Source of the DNA: a virus
Taxonomy: Duplodnaviria > Heunggongvirae > Uroviricota > Caudoviricetes
Virus record (IMG/VR): IMGVR_UViG_3300033146_005641
Location: 119,352-183,351 of that record
DNA length: 64,000 bases
Reading direction: 5' to 3' (one strand)
Of this stretch, positions 18,716 to 28,626 are shown piece after piece (position 1 is the first letter of the stretch; the number at the start of each line of letters is the position of its first letter). The notes beneath the pieces are model-generated. The model searched no databases, was not told the origin of the DNA, and was given only the letters and a program-made list of their open reading frames with translations. The position numbers were made by a program, and so were the translations under genes.

Positions 18716-18895
18716 ATGAAGTATATTTACAGATGTAATAATAGTAAATGTGAAGATTTTGAAAAAGAGATTGAAATTAATAAACCTATAGCAGATTTTT
18801 CTAGAGAAGAGTTTTGTGAAAAGTGTAAAGAAGAGATGTCTAGAGTCTTTAAACCTTTCGGATTAAAAACAGCCGGTGACAGATATAAGATCTAA
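18716..18895 (+). CDS. 59-aa zinc-ribbon protein (FmdB-like CxxC...CxxC)
   Basis: MKYIYRCNNSKCEDFEKEIEI...EEFCEKCKEEMSRVF. AGGAG RBS. Below the ORF-track cutoff. Confidence 0.4.
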   Translation: MKYIYRCNNSKCEDFEKEIEINKPIADFSREEFCEKCKEEMSRVFKPFGLKTAGDRYKI

Positions 18896-18960
18896 GATCT
18901 CAACATTAAAAGAGAGTTTATTTATTATATAATATAAATCTTACTACAAAAAGAGGTTAA

Positions 18961-20778
18961 ATGAAACAGGAAATTAAACAATTATCACAAATAGAACACG
19001 TACTTCACAGACCGTCGATGTATGTAGGCAGTATCGTTAAAGAGAAAAAAGAAGAATTTATATTAAATGATAATAAATTTGAATTAGGCGAAAGAGAGTA
19101 TGTTCCTGCTCTTATAAAAATCTTTAATGAAATTATAGATAATTCTATAGATGAATACGTGAGAACAAGCGGCGAATATTCCGATAAAATTTCTATTAAA
19201 ATGACAGATAAGACTTTCGAGTGTTCAGATAATGGTAGGGGTATTCCTAACACTAAGATGAAGACTCTTCAAGGTAAAGAAAAATATCAGGCTGAAGTAG
19301 CATTTACTGAAATGTTATCAGGAGCAAATTATGATAATGATGATGAGGCTACGATTGGTACTAACGGATTAGGTTCAAAGGCTGCTAGTATTTTTAGTAA
19401 AAAATCGGTTATTAAAAATGATGACGGGAATGAACATATTGTTATTACCACTAAAAATAATCTTAGTGATGTAGGTGTATCTGAAAGAGAGACTATAAGA
19501 AGTGGCGTTGATACAAAAATCTGGCCTGATTTAGAATATTTTGGATTAGATGAAATTGACGATATTCATCAACAAGTTATCAAAGAACGTCTATATCATT
19601 TAAGTATATCATATCCTAATATTTCCTTTAAATTTAATGGTATATCTATCAAGTTGAACGATAAAAAATACTTTGAAATGTTTAATGCTGTTGAATTTAT
19701 TAAAGTAAGTGATAATGTTTCTATAGCTGTTTCACATTCGCCTTCAGATCAATTTGAACACTTTTCATTAGTAAATGGGCTGGTTACTAAATCGGGAGGA
19801 ACTCATATTAATGTTATTTCAAGAGAAATCGTTAATCCTATCAGAGAGAAACTCGTTAAAAAATTTAAAACTATTAAGCCAGGAGATATTAAGCAGAAAT
19901 TAAGACTTATCGTTATTTTTAAAGAATTTAAAAATGCTAGATATACATCCCAAACTAAAGAAGAAATCACAAATTCTGAATCTGAAATTAAAAAATACTT
20001 GGGAGAATATTCTAAAGAACTAGATAAATTCGTTAAGAAAATTTTAAGAAATGATGATATCATGCTTCCGATAACAGAATTATTTCTTTTAAAAGAAGAG
20101 GCTAAAAGAAACGCAGAACTTAAAAAACTTTCTAAAAGTAAAAAGAAAATTAAATCAGAAAAATATTATCCGGCGACAGCTAAAAGAAAATACTTAATGA
20201 TTGTAGAAGGTGAATCAGCTTTTGGCGGATTAAGTCCTGTTCTTGGTAGAGCAGAGATAGGATATTTTTGTCTTAAGGGTAAACCGTTAAATGCTTATAG
20301 CGCCTCCCAAACTAAATTTACTCAGAATAAAGAATTATCAGATTTATATCAAATTATAGTAAATGAGGGATATGAGAAAATTATTATGGGTACAGATCAG
20401 GATCTTGACGGTTTTCATATTCGAGCTTTGCTTTTAGGATTTATTGAAAGATATTTACCCGAATATAAAGGAAGAGTTGGGGTTATTAATACGCCTGTTA
20501 AGGCTGCTATTAAAAATGATAAGATGGTAAGATGGGTTTATGGATTACAAGATGACTTAAATCTTAGAAGTGGCGAGACTCTAAAATATTTTAAAGGCCT
20601 TGGTACTCATACTAAAAAGACCCTTGGAGTAGTAGTAGAAAAAGACGGTTTAGAAAAAATGATAGATATTTTTGAATGGGATGATTTAGAAATGCTTGAT
20701 AATTGGCTAAATGATAAAAAAGCAGATATTAGAAAAGACTATATTATGAATAATGAGTTTAGTATTGCGAAACTTTAA
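18961..20778 (+). CDS. 39: DNA topoisomerase II large subunit (T4 gp39 homolog; GyrB-like ATPase plus Toprim)
   Basis: MKQEIKQLSQIEHVLHRPSMYVGS versus T4 MIKNEIKILSDIEHIKKRSGMYIGS; DNSIDE, GLGSKA and Toprim EGESAFGG motifs. Confidence 0.9.
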   Translation: MKQEIKQLSQIEHVLHRPSMYVGSIVKEKKEEFILNDNKFELGEREYVPALIKIFNEIIDNSIDEYVRTSGEYSDKISIKMTDKTFECSDNGRGIPNTKMKTLQGKEKYQAEVAFTEMLSGANYDNDDEATIGTNGLGSKAASIFSKKSVIKNDDGNEHIVITTKNNLSDVGVSERETIRSGVDTKIWPDLEYFGLDEIDDIHQQVIKERLYHLSISYPNISFKFNGISIKLNDKKYFEMFNAVEFIKVSDNVSIAVSHSPSDQFEHFSLVNGLVTKSGGTHINVISREIVNPIREKLVKKFKTIKPGDIKQKLRLIVIFKEFKNARYTSQTKEEITNSESEIKKYLGEYSKELDKFVKKILRNDDIMLPITELFLLKEEAKRNAELKKLSKSKKKIKSEKYYPATAKRKYLMIVEGESAFGGLSPVLGRAEIGYFCLKGKPLNAYSASQTKFTQNKELSDLYQIIVNEGYEKIIMGTDQDLDGFHIRALLLGFIERYLPEYKGRVGVINTPVKAAIKNDKMVRWVYGLQDDLNLRSGETLKYFKGLGTHTKKTLGVVVEKDGLEKMIDIFEWDDLEMLDNWLNDKKADIRKDYIMNNEFSIAKL

Positions 20779-20783
20779 TCAAT

Positions 20784-20829
20784 CTTTAAGTCTCTTTATT
20801 ATATAATATAGAATATAAAGGAGAGAAAG
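20784..20829 (+). promoter_or_regulatory. junction-type promoter variant upstream of 20830
   Basis: TCTTTAAGTCTCTTTATTATATAATATAGAATATAAAGGAGAGAAAGATG. Confidence 0.45.
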
Positions 20830-21045
20830 ATGTTTAAAGATAAATCAATAAAAGATCAATTTATAGAGGAAGTATATTATACATTAAATGGAGATTATGG
20901 ATATTCTCTTAAAAATGAAGAACTTCCAAAAGAATATATAAAAGTTATAGAATCTTGGATTAAAAGAGCTGAAAAATATAATCACATAGAGAACGATGAA
21001 GTAGAAGATGCTTGTGATGCTATTGTAAAATTCGATAAAAAATAG
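20830..21045 (+). CDS. hypothetical protein
   Basis: 71-aa ORF downstream of a junction-type promoter. Confidence 0.4.
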   Translation: MFKDKSIKDQFIEEVYYTLNGDYGYSLKNEELPKEYIKVIESWIKRAEKYNHIENDEVEDACDAIVKFDKK

Positions 21046-21054
21046 GAGAGAAAA

Positions 21055-21495
21055 ATGGATGATAATATTGTAGACGTTTATTTAGAAAACTACCCATATA
21101 TTAATACATGGAAGGAATTTGATAAATTCATTGAAGTAGAATTTAAGGATCGCTACGAAGATTTAAAAAATATTGATAAATTTAGATTAATTCTGAATAC
21201 CTGTGATGGTCGAACATACCTTTTAAGAGAAGAATCTCAGGAAGAGGCCTTAAAAATTTGGAATGAGTTATATTCTGATGAATCGCAATGCGAGAGAATT
21301 TATCATCCTACGTACTCGAAGGCTATGATTCATATATCTGTTCTAGAATCGATTATCAATAATATTAAAAAAGATATCAAATACTATAAATTAGATGATA
21401 GATTTAAAAAAGATTTAGAAGAATCTAGCATAGAATCTATTAATTATCTTAGTGAAATGATTAAAGAGATTCAAAAAACTTATAAGATGGACTAA
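21055..21495 (+). CDS. hypothetical protein
   Basis: 146-aa ORF. AGGAGAGAAAAATG RBS. Confidence 0.45.
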   Translation: MDDNIVDVYLENYPYINTWKEFDKFIEVEFKDRYEDLKNIDKFRLILNTCDGRTYLLREESQEEALKIWNELYSDESQCERIYHPTYSKAMIHISVLESIINNIKKDIKYYKLDDRFKKDLEESSIESINYLSEMIKEIQKTYKMD

Positions 21496-21596
21496 AATAG
21501 GCTCTATAGATTATGGACTATATAAACGAAAAATAATAATATATTATCAAATATTAGTGACGACACTATTTGGCTAGAAATAAAATAGGAGAAATA

Positions 21597-22934
21597 ATGA
21601 AAATATCAAAATTTTTAAGTGAAGACTTGGCAGACTATGCGAGCTATTCTACATTAAGAATGATTGCTAGTTGTATAGATGGTCAAAAGAATTCGGGTCG
21701 TAAAGTTTTATTTACAATTTTTGATAAAAATATTAAAAAAGATAAAGAATCTAGAGTATCTCAATTAGCAGCAAAAGTATCTGAGCATGCGGAATATCTT
21801 CACGGTGAAGTTTCATTACAGGGTGTCATCTCGAATATGGCTGCGGACTATACAGGATCTAATAATGTAAATCTTTTAGAGCCTAAAGGTAACTTCGGAA
21901 CCAGATTCACACCAGAACCTTCGGCACCTAGGTATATTTACACCTTTGGTAATGAGTCTGCTTGGAATTTTTTTAATCAAGATGATAATGCTATTCTCCT
22001 CCATCAAAACTTTGAAGGTCATAATATTGAGCCTAGATTTTATCTACCTATTCTTCCTATTTTAGTTGTTAATGGTGCTGAAGGTATGGCTACAGGATTC
22101 GCTCAAAAAATATTACCAAGAGATCCTAAGAAGGTTAGAAAATATATCGAAGATTCTTTAAAAGGTACCCTAAGAGCTAATAAACATAACTCTCTTCATC
22201 CTCACTATGAAGGATTTAAAGGTACTATTATAGAAGGTGAAAGTTCTAATCAATTTGAAATTTGTGGTGTGATAGAACGTCTAACAAAAACAAAAATCAA
22301 AATTACTGAGATACCTATCGGATATTCTTTAAAGGGATATATTAAATATCTCGATAAATTGGAGGACGAAGGATTTATTCAAGATTATCAAGACCTTTCA
22401 GAAGATGATAATTTTGAATTTATACTAACCTTCAAAAAAGACATTTTAGAGAAATATGATGATGATAAACTTTTAGATAAACTTAAATTAATTAAGAGAA
22501 TCTCAGAAAATTACACTGCTATCGATGAGGAAAATAAAGTAAGGACTTTTAGTGGAGTCAAGGAAATTATAGATTATTATATAGATATTAAAAAAGAGTA
22601 TTTAGGATTAAGAAAAAGTCACCTAATTAGAAAGTTATCTAGGGATATTAGAGTATTAGTGTCTAAATATCTTTTTATTAAAGCTGTCGTTGAAGATGAA
22701 CTAAAAATTAATAAAAGAAAGAAAAAAGATATCGAAAAAGATTTAGAGCGTTTTGATAAAATAGTCAAAGTTGAAGATAAATATGACTATCTTTTAAATA
22801 TGAATATTATGTCACTTACTGAAGAAAGAATGCAAAAACTTTTAAACGATATTAAAGAGATGAAAAAAGAATTAGATAGGATTAAAGAAATTTCAATAGA
22901 AAATATGTGGCTAGAAGATCTAAAGGGTATTTAG
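21597..22934 (+). CDS. 52: DNA topoisomerase II medium subunit (T4 gp52 homolog; GyrA-like)
   Basis: NVNLLEPKGNFGTRFTPEPSAPRYIYTF versus T4 NFPLLDGQGNFGSRTVQKAAASRYIFAR; PRFYLPILPILVVNGAEGMATGFAQKILP versus PAFYLPIIPTVLLNGVSGIATGYATYILP. Start set to the ATG at 21597 (AGGAG RBS) rather than the TTG at 21570 in the ORF track. Confidence 0.85.
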   Translation: MKISKFLSEDLADYASYSTLRMIASCIDGQKNSGRKVLFTIFDKNIKKDKESRVSQLAAKVSEHAEYLHGEVSLQGVISNMAADYTGSNNVNLLEPKGNFGTRFTPEPSAPRYIYTFGNESAWNFFNQDDNAILLHQNFEGHNIEPRFYLPILPILVVNGAEGMATGFAQKILPRDPKKVRKYIEDSLKGTLRANKHNSLHPHYEGFKGTIIEGESSNQFEICGVIERLTKTKIKITEIPIGYSLKGYIKYLDKLEDEGFIQDYQDLSEDDNFEFILTFKKDILEKYDDDKLLDKLKLIKRISENYTAIDEENKVRTFSGVKEIIDYYIDIKKEYLGLRKSHLIRKLSRDIRVLVSKYLFIKAVVEDELKINKRKKKDIEKDLERFDKIVKVEDKYDYLLNMNIMSLTEERMQKLLNDIKEMKKELDRIKEISIENMWLEDLKGI

Positions 22935-23168
22935 ATGTCTTCTTACGCTTTTAGATTAAAATCACTAGACTGGTTTTTAAAAAATGCTTTAAAAAAAGAT
23001 GATTCTTTCTATCCGATGCATGAAAAAGGATTTTCTATACGCATTCAAGCGGTATTGTTAGGTAGACTATTATATATTAATAATTTAAATAAAAAGAAAT
23101 TAAAAGAGTATTCTTGGGGTATCGAGGAGATTTATTATCCTGATACCCATCCTCAATATTTTATATAG
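22935..23168 (+). CDS. hypothetical protein ending ...HPQYFI
   Basis: 77-aa ORF with a PQYFI-family tail. ATG overlaps the gp52 stop. Confidence 0.4.
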   Translation: MSSYAFRLKSLDWFLKNALKKDDSFYPMHEKGFSIRIQAVLLGRLLYINNLNKKKLKEYSWGIEEIYYPDTHPQYFI

Positions 23169-23208
23169 CTTTAAGTCTTATTATACTATAATATATTATA
23201 TGAAAAAG
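23151..23208 (+). promoter_or_regulatory. junction cassette
   Basis: CCTCAATATTTTATATAGCTTTAAGTCTTATTATACTATAATATATTATATGAAAAAGATG. Confidence 0.5.
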
Positions 23209-23467
23209 ATGAGTAAAGTTATGAATAAACAAGAAGCATTGAAATTTTTTGAAGGTATTAGTTTAAATTTTAACTCTTATTATAAGTATGAATTTAATTA
23301 TTCAGGTGAAAAAGACGGTAAGAAGGTTTCGGTTTATTTCGGTGGTACTGAAGATATATAGAGAGGAATATACATCCGTAGAGATTTTTAGAGACATATG
23401 TTTTGAGCATTTTAGTGTTATGGAAAATAAAAACAATGATATAGTTTATATTTTCTCTGAGAACTAA
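23209..23467 (+). pseudogene. small ORF apparently split by a frameshift (51 codons to TAG at 23359, continuing in +1 frame to 23467)
   Basis: MSKVMNKQ...GGTEDI stop, then ..EEYTSVEIFRDICFEHFSVMENKNNDIVYIFSEN in the next frame. Could equally be two tiny ORFs or a sequencing error. Confidence 0.2.
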
Positions 23468-23516
23468 TAAAGATAATTTTAAGATTATTAATATATAATT
23501 TAACAAAGGGGTAACT

Positions 23517-23921
23517 ATGAGTATATTAGAAATCATAACACTAGGATATGCTGTAAATGTAGTAGCAATAATTATGGTCTTTTTATTAATCATCATACAG
23601 TCTTTTACTAAAATGAGTTTTTTAAATCATGTAGATAAGATGAAAGTTATTACGTATCAGCAATCTATTTGGAATAAATATTTATCAGCTAAAGAAAGAA
23701 TGAAAACCTTTAAGTTAAATTTTTTAGAGTCTAGAGATTTTAGTTTCTTATTTCCTTTTGCTTATATTTTAGAATTTTTAGTAGTCTTTTGGCACTTTTT
23801 AAAATTTGATTTAGATGTTTTTATTTTTGAAAGAATTAAAAGTAAGACACAAAGAATGGAAGATAAAATAACAAAATATAGTGATAATGAAGAAAAAAAT
23901 GATATTAATAACAGGCTCTAA
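23517..23921 (+). CDS. predicted membrane protein
   Basis: N-terminal hydrophobic segment ILEIITLGYAVNVVAIIMVFLLIIIQSF and a second one around FLFPFAYILEFLVVFW. Confidence 0.4.
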   Translation: MSILEIITLGYAVNVVAIIMVFLLIIIQSFTKMSFLNHVDKMKVITYQQSIWNKYLSAKERMKTFKLNFLESRDFSFLFPFAYILEFLVVFWHFLKFDLDVFIFERIKSKTQRMEDKITKYSDNEEKNDINNRL

Positions 23922-24516
23922 AGGCTTTATAGGAGGAAGATTAATTAAACTTCCTAATTTTATTTCTTATGAAAAATATATCGATAATCCTTCTAATTAT
24001 AAATTGTCTAAAATAGTTCATTTAGCTAGTGTTAGTGAAAGTAGGGAATTCTTAAATTTAAATAAAACCTCCACCGTTATGATAGATTTTACTATAGATA
24101 TAATAAACCTATCTAAGAATCTTGATATAGAGTTAATTTTTTCTTCTTCTATGGCTGTAGAATATTTAGGTGGAGAAAAAGATATTTATGGAGTATATAA
24201 AAAATTTGCCGAATATTACATTAAAAGTAATTTACCTAAATGGAAGATTTTAAGAATTCCTAGAATTTATGGTAAAGACAGAAAGAAAGGATTAATGAGA
24301 ACTTTAAGAGAGGGTACTTTTAAAGGAAATTTATCAGATGAGGTCGAATATGTGGACATAGATGTTTTTATTAATTTCTTTACCGATTATATTAATAACG
24401 GAAGATTAAACGTTATAGAATACGTTCCCGAAAGACTAAAAGAAAAAGATACTGTTTTAAATATTGGAAAAAAATATGAATGTTTACATATTGACTATAA
24501 TAATACTAACTCATAA
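23881..24516 (+). CDS. NAD-dependent epimerase/dehydratase-like protein, short
   Basis: N-terminal Rossmann signature ILITGSKGFIGGRLI (GxxGxxG). Only 211 aa. Confidence 0.5.
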   Translation: MIMKKKMILITGSKGFIGGRLIKLPNFISYEKYIDNPSNYKLSKIVHLASVSESREFLNLNKTSTVMIDFTIDIINLSKNLDIELIFSSSMAVEYLGGEKDIYGVYKKFAEYYIKSNLPKWKILRIPRIYGKDRKKGLMRTLREGTFKGNLSDEVEYVDIDVFINFFTDYINNGRLNVIEYVPERLKEKDTVLNIGKKYECLHIDYNNTNS

Positions 24517-25081
24517 TAGACCGAAAGGTTTTGAAAGACTAATGAACAGTATAAAATCATTCAATCTTTCTAATATTAAAATAATTATTAATTGTGATAA
24601 TGAATTTACATATCTATACGCTAAAAAAATTGTTAAAACATTAAATATAAAATCTACAATTTTTAATCACACAGAAGAAGTAAATGAATTATACAGGATT
24701 ATGTATGAAAAAACTAATACGAAATATGTATGGTTTTTGGAAGATGATGATGAGATTTTATATATTCCTGATATAGAGAAAATGGAAGAAGATCTGATAA
24801 TAGGTTTATATAAACCTATTAGGTTTGACAGATCTCATAAAATAATTAAAGATAACATAAAAATAGATGAAGATAATATTCCCGAATTTTTTCAATTATC
24901 TCAAATAATATTTAAAAGAAATAAACTAGGTTTAGAGGATTTCCCTAAAGAATACAATAATGAAAATGATGAAGTTATTTTAAAATCTATTTTAAAAAAT
25001 TCAAAAAATATTAAAAAAATCTCAAAATCTTTTTTTAAACAAGGAAGCTACGGAGATAATTTATCTCTAGAATATCTTTAA
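24464..25081 (+). CDS. family-2-type glycosyltransferase (GT-A fold)
   Basis: YILTIIILTHNRPKGFERLMNSIKSF resembles the GT2 N-terminus. DxD-type acidic motif FLEDDDEI. Confidence 0.6.
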   Translation: MEKNMNVYILTIIILTHNRPKGFERLMNSIKSFNLSNIKIIINCDNEFTYLYAKKIVKTLNIKSTIFNHTEEVNELYRIMYEKTNTKYVWFLEDDDEILYIPDIEKMEEDLIIGLYKPIRFDRSHKIIKDNIKIDEDNIPEFFQLSQIIFKRNKLGLEDFPKEYNNENDEVILKSILKNSKNIKKISKSFFKQGSYGDNLSLEYL

Positions 25082-25089
25082 GGAAGTCA

Positions 25090-25938
25090 ATGAAAATATC
25101 TCATGTAAACACAATTAAAAATTCTATAAATCTATTTGTAGATATTAATACTATTTGTAATTTAAATTGTCCTTATTGTTTTGCTAGAAAAGAAAAGGAG
25201 TGGAATAAAGAAATAGAAATCGGGAAAGTAAAATTTATTTCTCAATCTTTAAAGTTTAGTAAATATTCTTTCAATATAATTTTATTTGGAGGAGAACCTC
25301 TTCTCCATCCAAAAATTAAAAATATAGTAAATATATTTAATAATAATCCTAAAGTTAATAAAACTATAATATTAACTAATGGCACTTTAAAAGGCGTACC
25401 ATATGATTTAGATTCAGAATATGTATTTACTCTTCATGAATTATCTGAAAAAGAATTCAATAATTTTATGAAGAATATAGCTAAACCTGAGAAGAGTATA
25501 GTTAATTTTGTAATTAAACAAGACAAAACTTCTATTGAGCGATATAGGAAAATATTAAAAATGAAAGATGTTCTCTTAGATATAGAACACTCTCAAATAT
25601 ATGATGATAATATATACATTATAGAAGACTTAAGTCATTTAAATTTCCTAGAACTTCGCAAAGAATTTGTAATTGATAATAAAACCTTTAATTATAGAGA
25701 TTTTTTAAAATTTCATAAGACTTTAAATCCTAAAGAATTTATTTGTGAGATACAAGAGTTAAATATAGATTTAGAAGGAAACATATCTAACGATTGTTCA
25801 GGAATAAGGGATAATATTTACGATAATCCTCTTTTTTTTAAAAAATATGTTAAAGAATATGAATGTTTAAGAAATAGATGTTTAGAATGTACAGGAACTA
25901 TTAGAACTACTAAAATATCAAAGGAACTTAATGAATGA
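25090..25938 (+). CDS. radical SAM enzyme with C-terminal SPASM/twitch-like Cys cluster
   Basis: CNLNCPYCFA (CxxxCxxC), GGEPLL, C-terminal CLRNRCLECTG. Confidence 0.75.
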   Translation: MKISHVNTIKNSINLFVDINTICNLNCPYCFARKEKEWNKEIEIGKVKFISQSLKFSKYSFNIILFGGEPLLHPKIKNIVNIFNNNPKVNKTIILTNGTLKGVPYDLDSEYVFTLHELSEKEFNNFMKNIAKPEKSIVNFVIKQDKTSIERYRKILKMKDVLLDIEHSQIYDDNIYIIEDLSHLNFLELRKEFVIDNKTFNYRDFLKFHKTLNPKEFICEIQELNIDLEGNISNDCSGIRDNIYDNPLFFKKYVKEYECLRNRCLECTGTIRTTKISKELNE

Positions 25939-26962
25939 ATTCAATAAATTAAAAAAGGTTATTATAGGTTCAGAGCTACAAACCTCACTAAACATGTTGG
26001 AAAATAATATATTAAATGAATTAAAATCTTTTAATTATTTTTTTAAATCAGATTTTGATAAAAACGATATTAGAGAACTAATCAATAATATGAATATTAA
26101 GATTAAAGATAGACAAAATTCTATTTCTAACTTCATTAAAACTATAAAAAAAGAAAAAATAGATGTATATAATATAGAAGATTCTGATCTCTACGTTAGT
26201 TCTAATCCTAGAGATATTTTTTCTATTTTAGATGATGTAGTTTTAGTTACTAATTCATTATTAAAATATAGACGAAGAGAATTTGATGTATATATTAAAA
26301 ATTTTCCTGAATTATTCAGGGATAAAAAAATTCTGGATTTAAGAGAAATTTTTAAGAAATATGAAATTTTAGAATACGATTATACTCACTATAATCTTTT
26401 AAGTTTAAATAAATTATCTAAAAACTATGAGAAATATAGACCAAATTTTGAAGCTGCAAATATTTTAAAATGTGGAGATAAAATAATAATGAACGTGAGT
26501 AATAAGAGCGAATATCATGCCTATATTTTGTTAGAAAAATTATTAGGAGTAGAAATAACTCCAATTTTTATAGACTATCATCATATAGACGGAGCTCTTA
26601 ATATTATTAATAATGAAATATGTTTATTATGTTTTGACTCTAATATAGTTTCTAAAAACTCTATTTTAAATCATCTTCCTGAGTTTATAAAAAATATGGA
26701 TATTATTTTTGTAGATAAAAATCCTAAATCTCATGAAAAAATTAAATATAAGGTGTTGGCTAGTATTGGCGGAATGTTTATTAATTCTCTTAGTATTGAT
26801 GAGAATACGGTCATAGTAAATAAAGAGGCATTGTATGTTATAGATGAGTTAGAGAGAAGAGGCATTAAAGTTTTAAAATTAAATTCTAAAAATTCTGAAC
26901 TTTTTGGTGGAGGATTTCATTGTATGAGTGTAGATGTAGAAAGATATAAAGATGGAAAATAG
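25931..26962 (+). CDS. amidinotransferase-fold enzyme (guanidino-group-modifying enzyme superfamily)
   Basis: The C-terminal SELFGGGFHCMSVDVER matches the catalytic-Cys signature GGGFHCxT of L-arginine:glycine and inosamine-phosphate amidinotransferases (recalled: GGGFHCWTCDVRR). HH and acidic motifs upstream (DYHHIDGALN). Confidence 0.65.
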   Translation: MNEFNKLKKVIIGSELQTSLNMLENNILNELKSFNYFFKSDFDKNDIRELINNMNIKIKDRQNSISNFIKTIKKEKIDVYNIEDSDLYVSSNPRDIFSILDDVVLVTNSLLKYRRREFDVYIKNFPELFRDKKILDLREIFKKYEILEYDYTHYNLLSLNKLSKNYEKYRPNFEAANILKCGDKIIMNVSNKSEYHAYILLEKLLGVEITPIFIDYHHIDGALNIINNEICLLCFDSNIVSKNSILNHLPEFIKNMDIIFVDKNPKSHEKIKYKVLASIGGMFINSLSIDENTVIVNKEALYVIDELERRGIKVLKLNSKNSELFGGGFHCMSVDVERYKDGK

Positions 26963-27752
26963 ATTTCAGTTTAATTTTTATATTAATACTATGTGTAATC
27001 AGAAATGTTCCTATTGTTATGCTAGAGCAGGCATGAAATGGAATACTATTTCTCCGTATGAAGAAATAATAAAAAACATCAATCTATTAATAAATAGACC
27101 TAAATGTATAATAAGTTTGATAGGTGGAGAGCCTACGCTTCATCCTAAATTTGAAAATATTTTAAGAAGCATAAAGGATCTTAATCATAACCTTCATATA
27201 TATACTAACGGAACCTCGTCTTTTTTTAATAATTTAAATTATGATTTATATAGAAAGTTCTTATGGACGTTTAGCTATCACGGAAAGTTTACGAATAACG
27301 AGGAGTTTAAGAGAAATATTTTAAAATTTATAAACAATAATATTAATATAGAATTGACGGTTCCAGCACAAAACTTTAATAAGGATATTTTAAGATTTAT
27401 TCAATATAATAAAATAAAGACAGTTATAACTTTTATACACGATAATTCTAAAACTCAATCTAAAGAAAATATAAAAAAATGGGTTTTAGAATTAGAAGAT
27501 GATAATATAAAAAATATGTCTAAATATTTTTATGAAGATGCCTACTATAAAGGATATACTTGTTATTACAATGAGATAGATGTTATAAATTCGAAAATGA
27601 GGACTAATGATTGTAATCATAATTTGAATCTTTTTATAGATGATAAAAATTTAGATTATATATTTTCTCTACCCTTAACGGTATGTAAAAGAGAGAAATG
27701 TAAAAGAGATTGTGCTTTTTTACTACCTAGGAAGCAAAATGATATTTTCTAA
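26952..27752 (+). CDS. radical SAM enzyme with SPASM-like C-terminus
   Basis: CNQKCSYCYA, GGEPTL, C-terminal CKREKCKRDCAF. Confidence 0.75.
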   Translation: MENRFQFNFYINTMCNQKCSYCYARAGMKWNTISPYEEIIKNINLLINRPKCIISLIGGEPTLHPKFENILRSIKDLNHNLHIYTNGTSSFFNNLNYDLYRKFLWTFSYHGKFTNNEEFKRNILKFINNNINIELTVPAQNFNKDILRFIQYNKIKTVITFIHDNSKTQSKENIKKWVLELEDDNIKNMSKYFYEDAYYKGYTCYYNEIDVINSKMRTNDCNHNLNLFIDDKNLDYIFSLPLTVCKREKCKRDCAFLLPRKQNDIF

Positions 27753-28626
27753 TAAAAACTCTATTAAAAATCACGATTTTTTTATTTTTGAATTGTTGAT
27801 CATAGAATTATGTAATTTTAAATGCAGTTATTGTTATATGAGAAATGAATCTCCTACATGGGGTAGCTTTAGTACGAAGAAAGAAATATTTAAAGTGATT
27901 AAAAAGCTAGAAGAATTAAATAATAAAGTCTCAATATGTTTGAGTGGAGGTGAAGCTAGTCTTCATCCTAATTTTTTAGAGTTTGTAGACTATATTACAA
28001 ATAGTGAGAAGATACATAGTCTTCATATTAATACTAATCTACAATTATCTGAAGAAAAAATAGAAAAGATACTAAAAATAGATTCAGACGTAAAATTTCA
28101 TATATCTTTTCATGCAGGACAATCCGATAAAGATTTTAAAATAAAATTAAAGAAAATTCCAAAAAAGAATCAGGAATTAAATATCATGATACACCCAGCA
28201 AAAAAATATAAAAAAGATATAGATGATATTGTGAAATTTTGTGATACTAATAATATATTATATAATATAAAGCCTATATTTATCAATAGTAAATTTAAAC
28301 CATCACAATACGTTATTGAGTCTATGAATTATAAAAACTCTAATAAAGAATATACTGATGGTAATAGAGATTATAATGATTATGATTTGTATAAAGAGGG
28401 TTTATTACCTATGAATACTCTCGGATGGGAGTGTTATTATATATTTTATACTATAGATTGCAAACAGGGAAATATTAAACAGATGTGTAGACTATATGAT
28501 GATTTAAATATTTTTAAAAATTTTGATTTTTTTAATAATTATGATTTATCTAAACCTATAATATGTTCTTTTAAGAATTCTTGTTTATGGGCTAGTTCGT
28601 TAGATCACTATAAGGTAAAAAAATGA
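27739..28626 (+). CDS. radical SAM enzyme
   Basis: CNFKCSYCYM, SGGEASL, C-terminal CSFKNSCLWAS. Start moved to the ATG at 27739 (AGGAAGCAAAATG) from the GTG at 27712 in the ORF track. Confidence 0.7.
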   Translation: MIFSNKNSIKNHDFFIFELLIIELCNFKCSYCYMRNESPTWGSFSTKKEIFKVIKKLEELNNKVSICLSGGEASLHPNFLEFVDYITNSEKIHSLHINTNLQLSEEKIEKILKIDSDVKFHISFHAGQSDKDFKIKLKKIPKKNQELNIMIHPAKKYKKDIDDIVKFCDTNNILYNIKPIFINSKFKPSQYVIESMNYKNSNKEYTDGNRDYNDYDLYKEGLLPMNTLGWECYYIFYTIDCKQGNIKQMCRLYDDLNIFKNFDFFNNYDLSKPIICSFKNSCLWASSLDHYKVKK

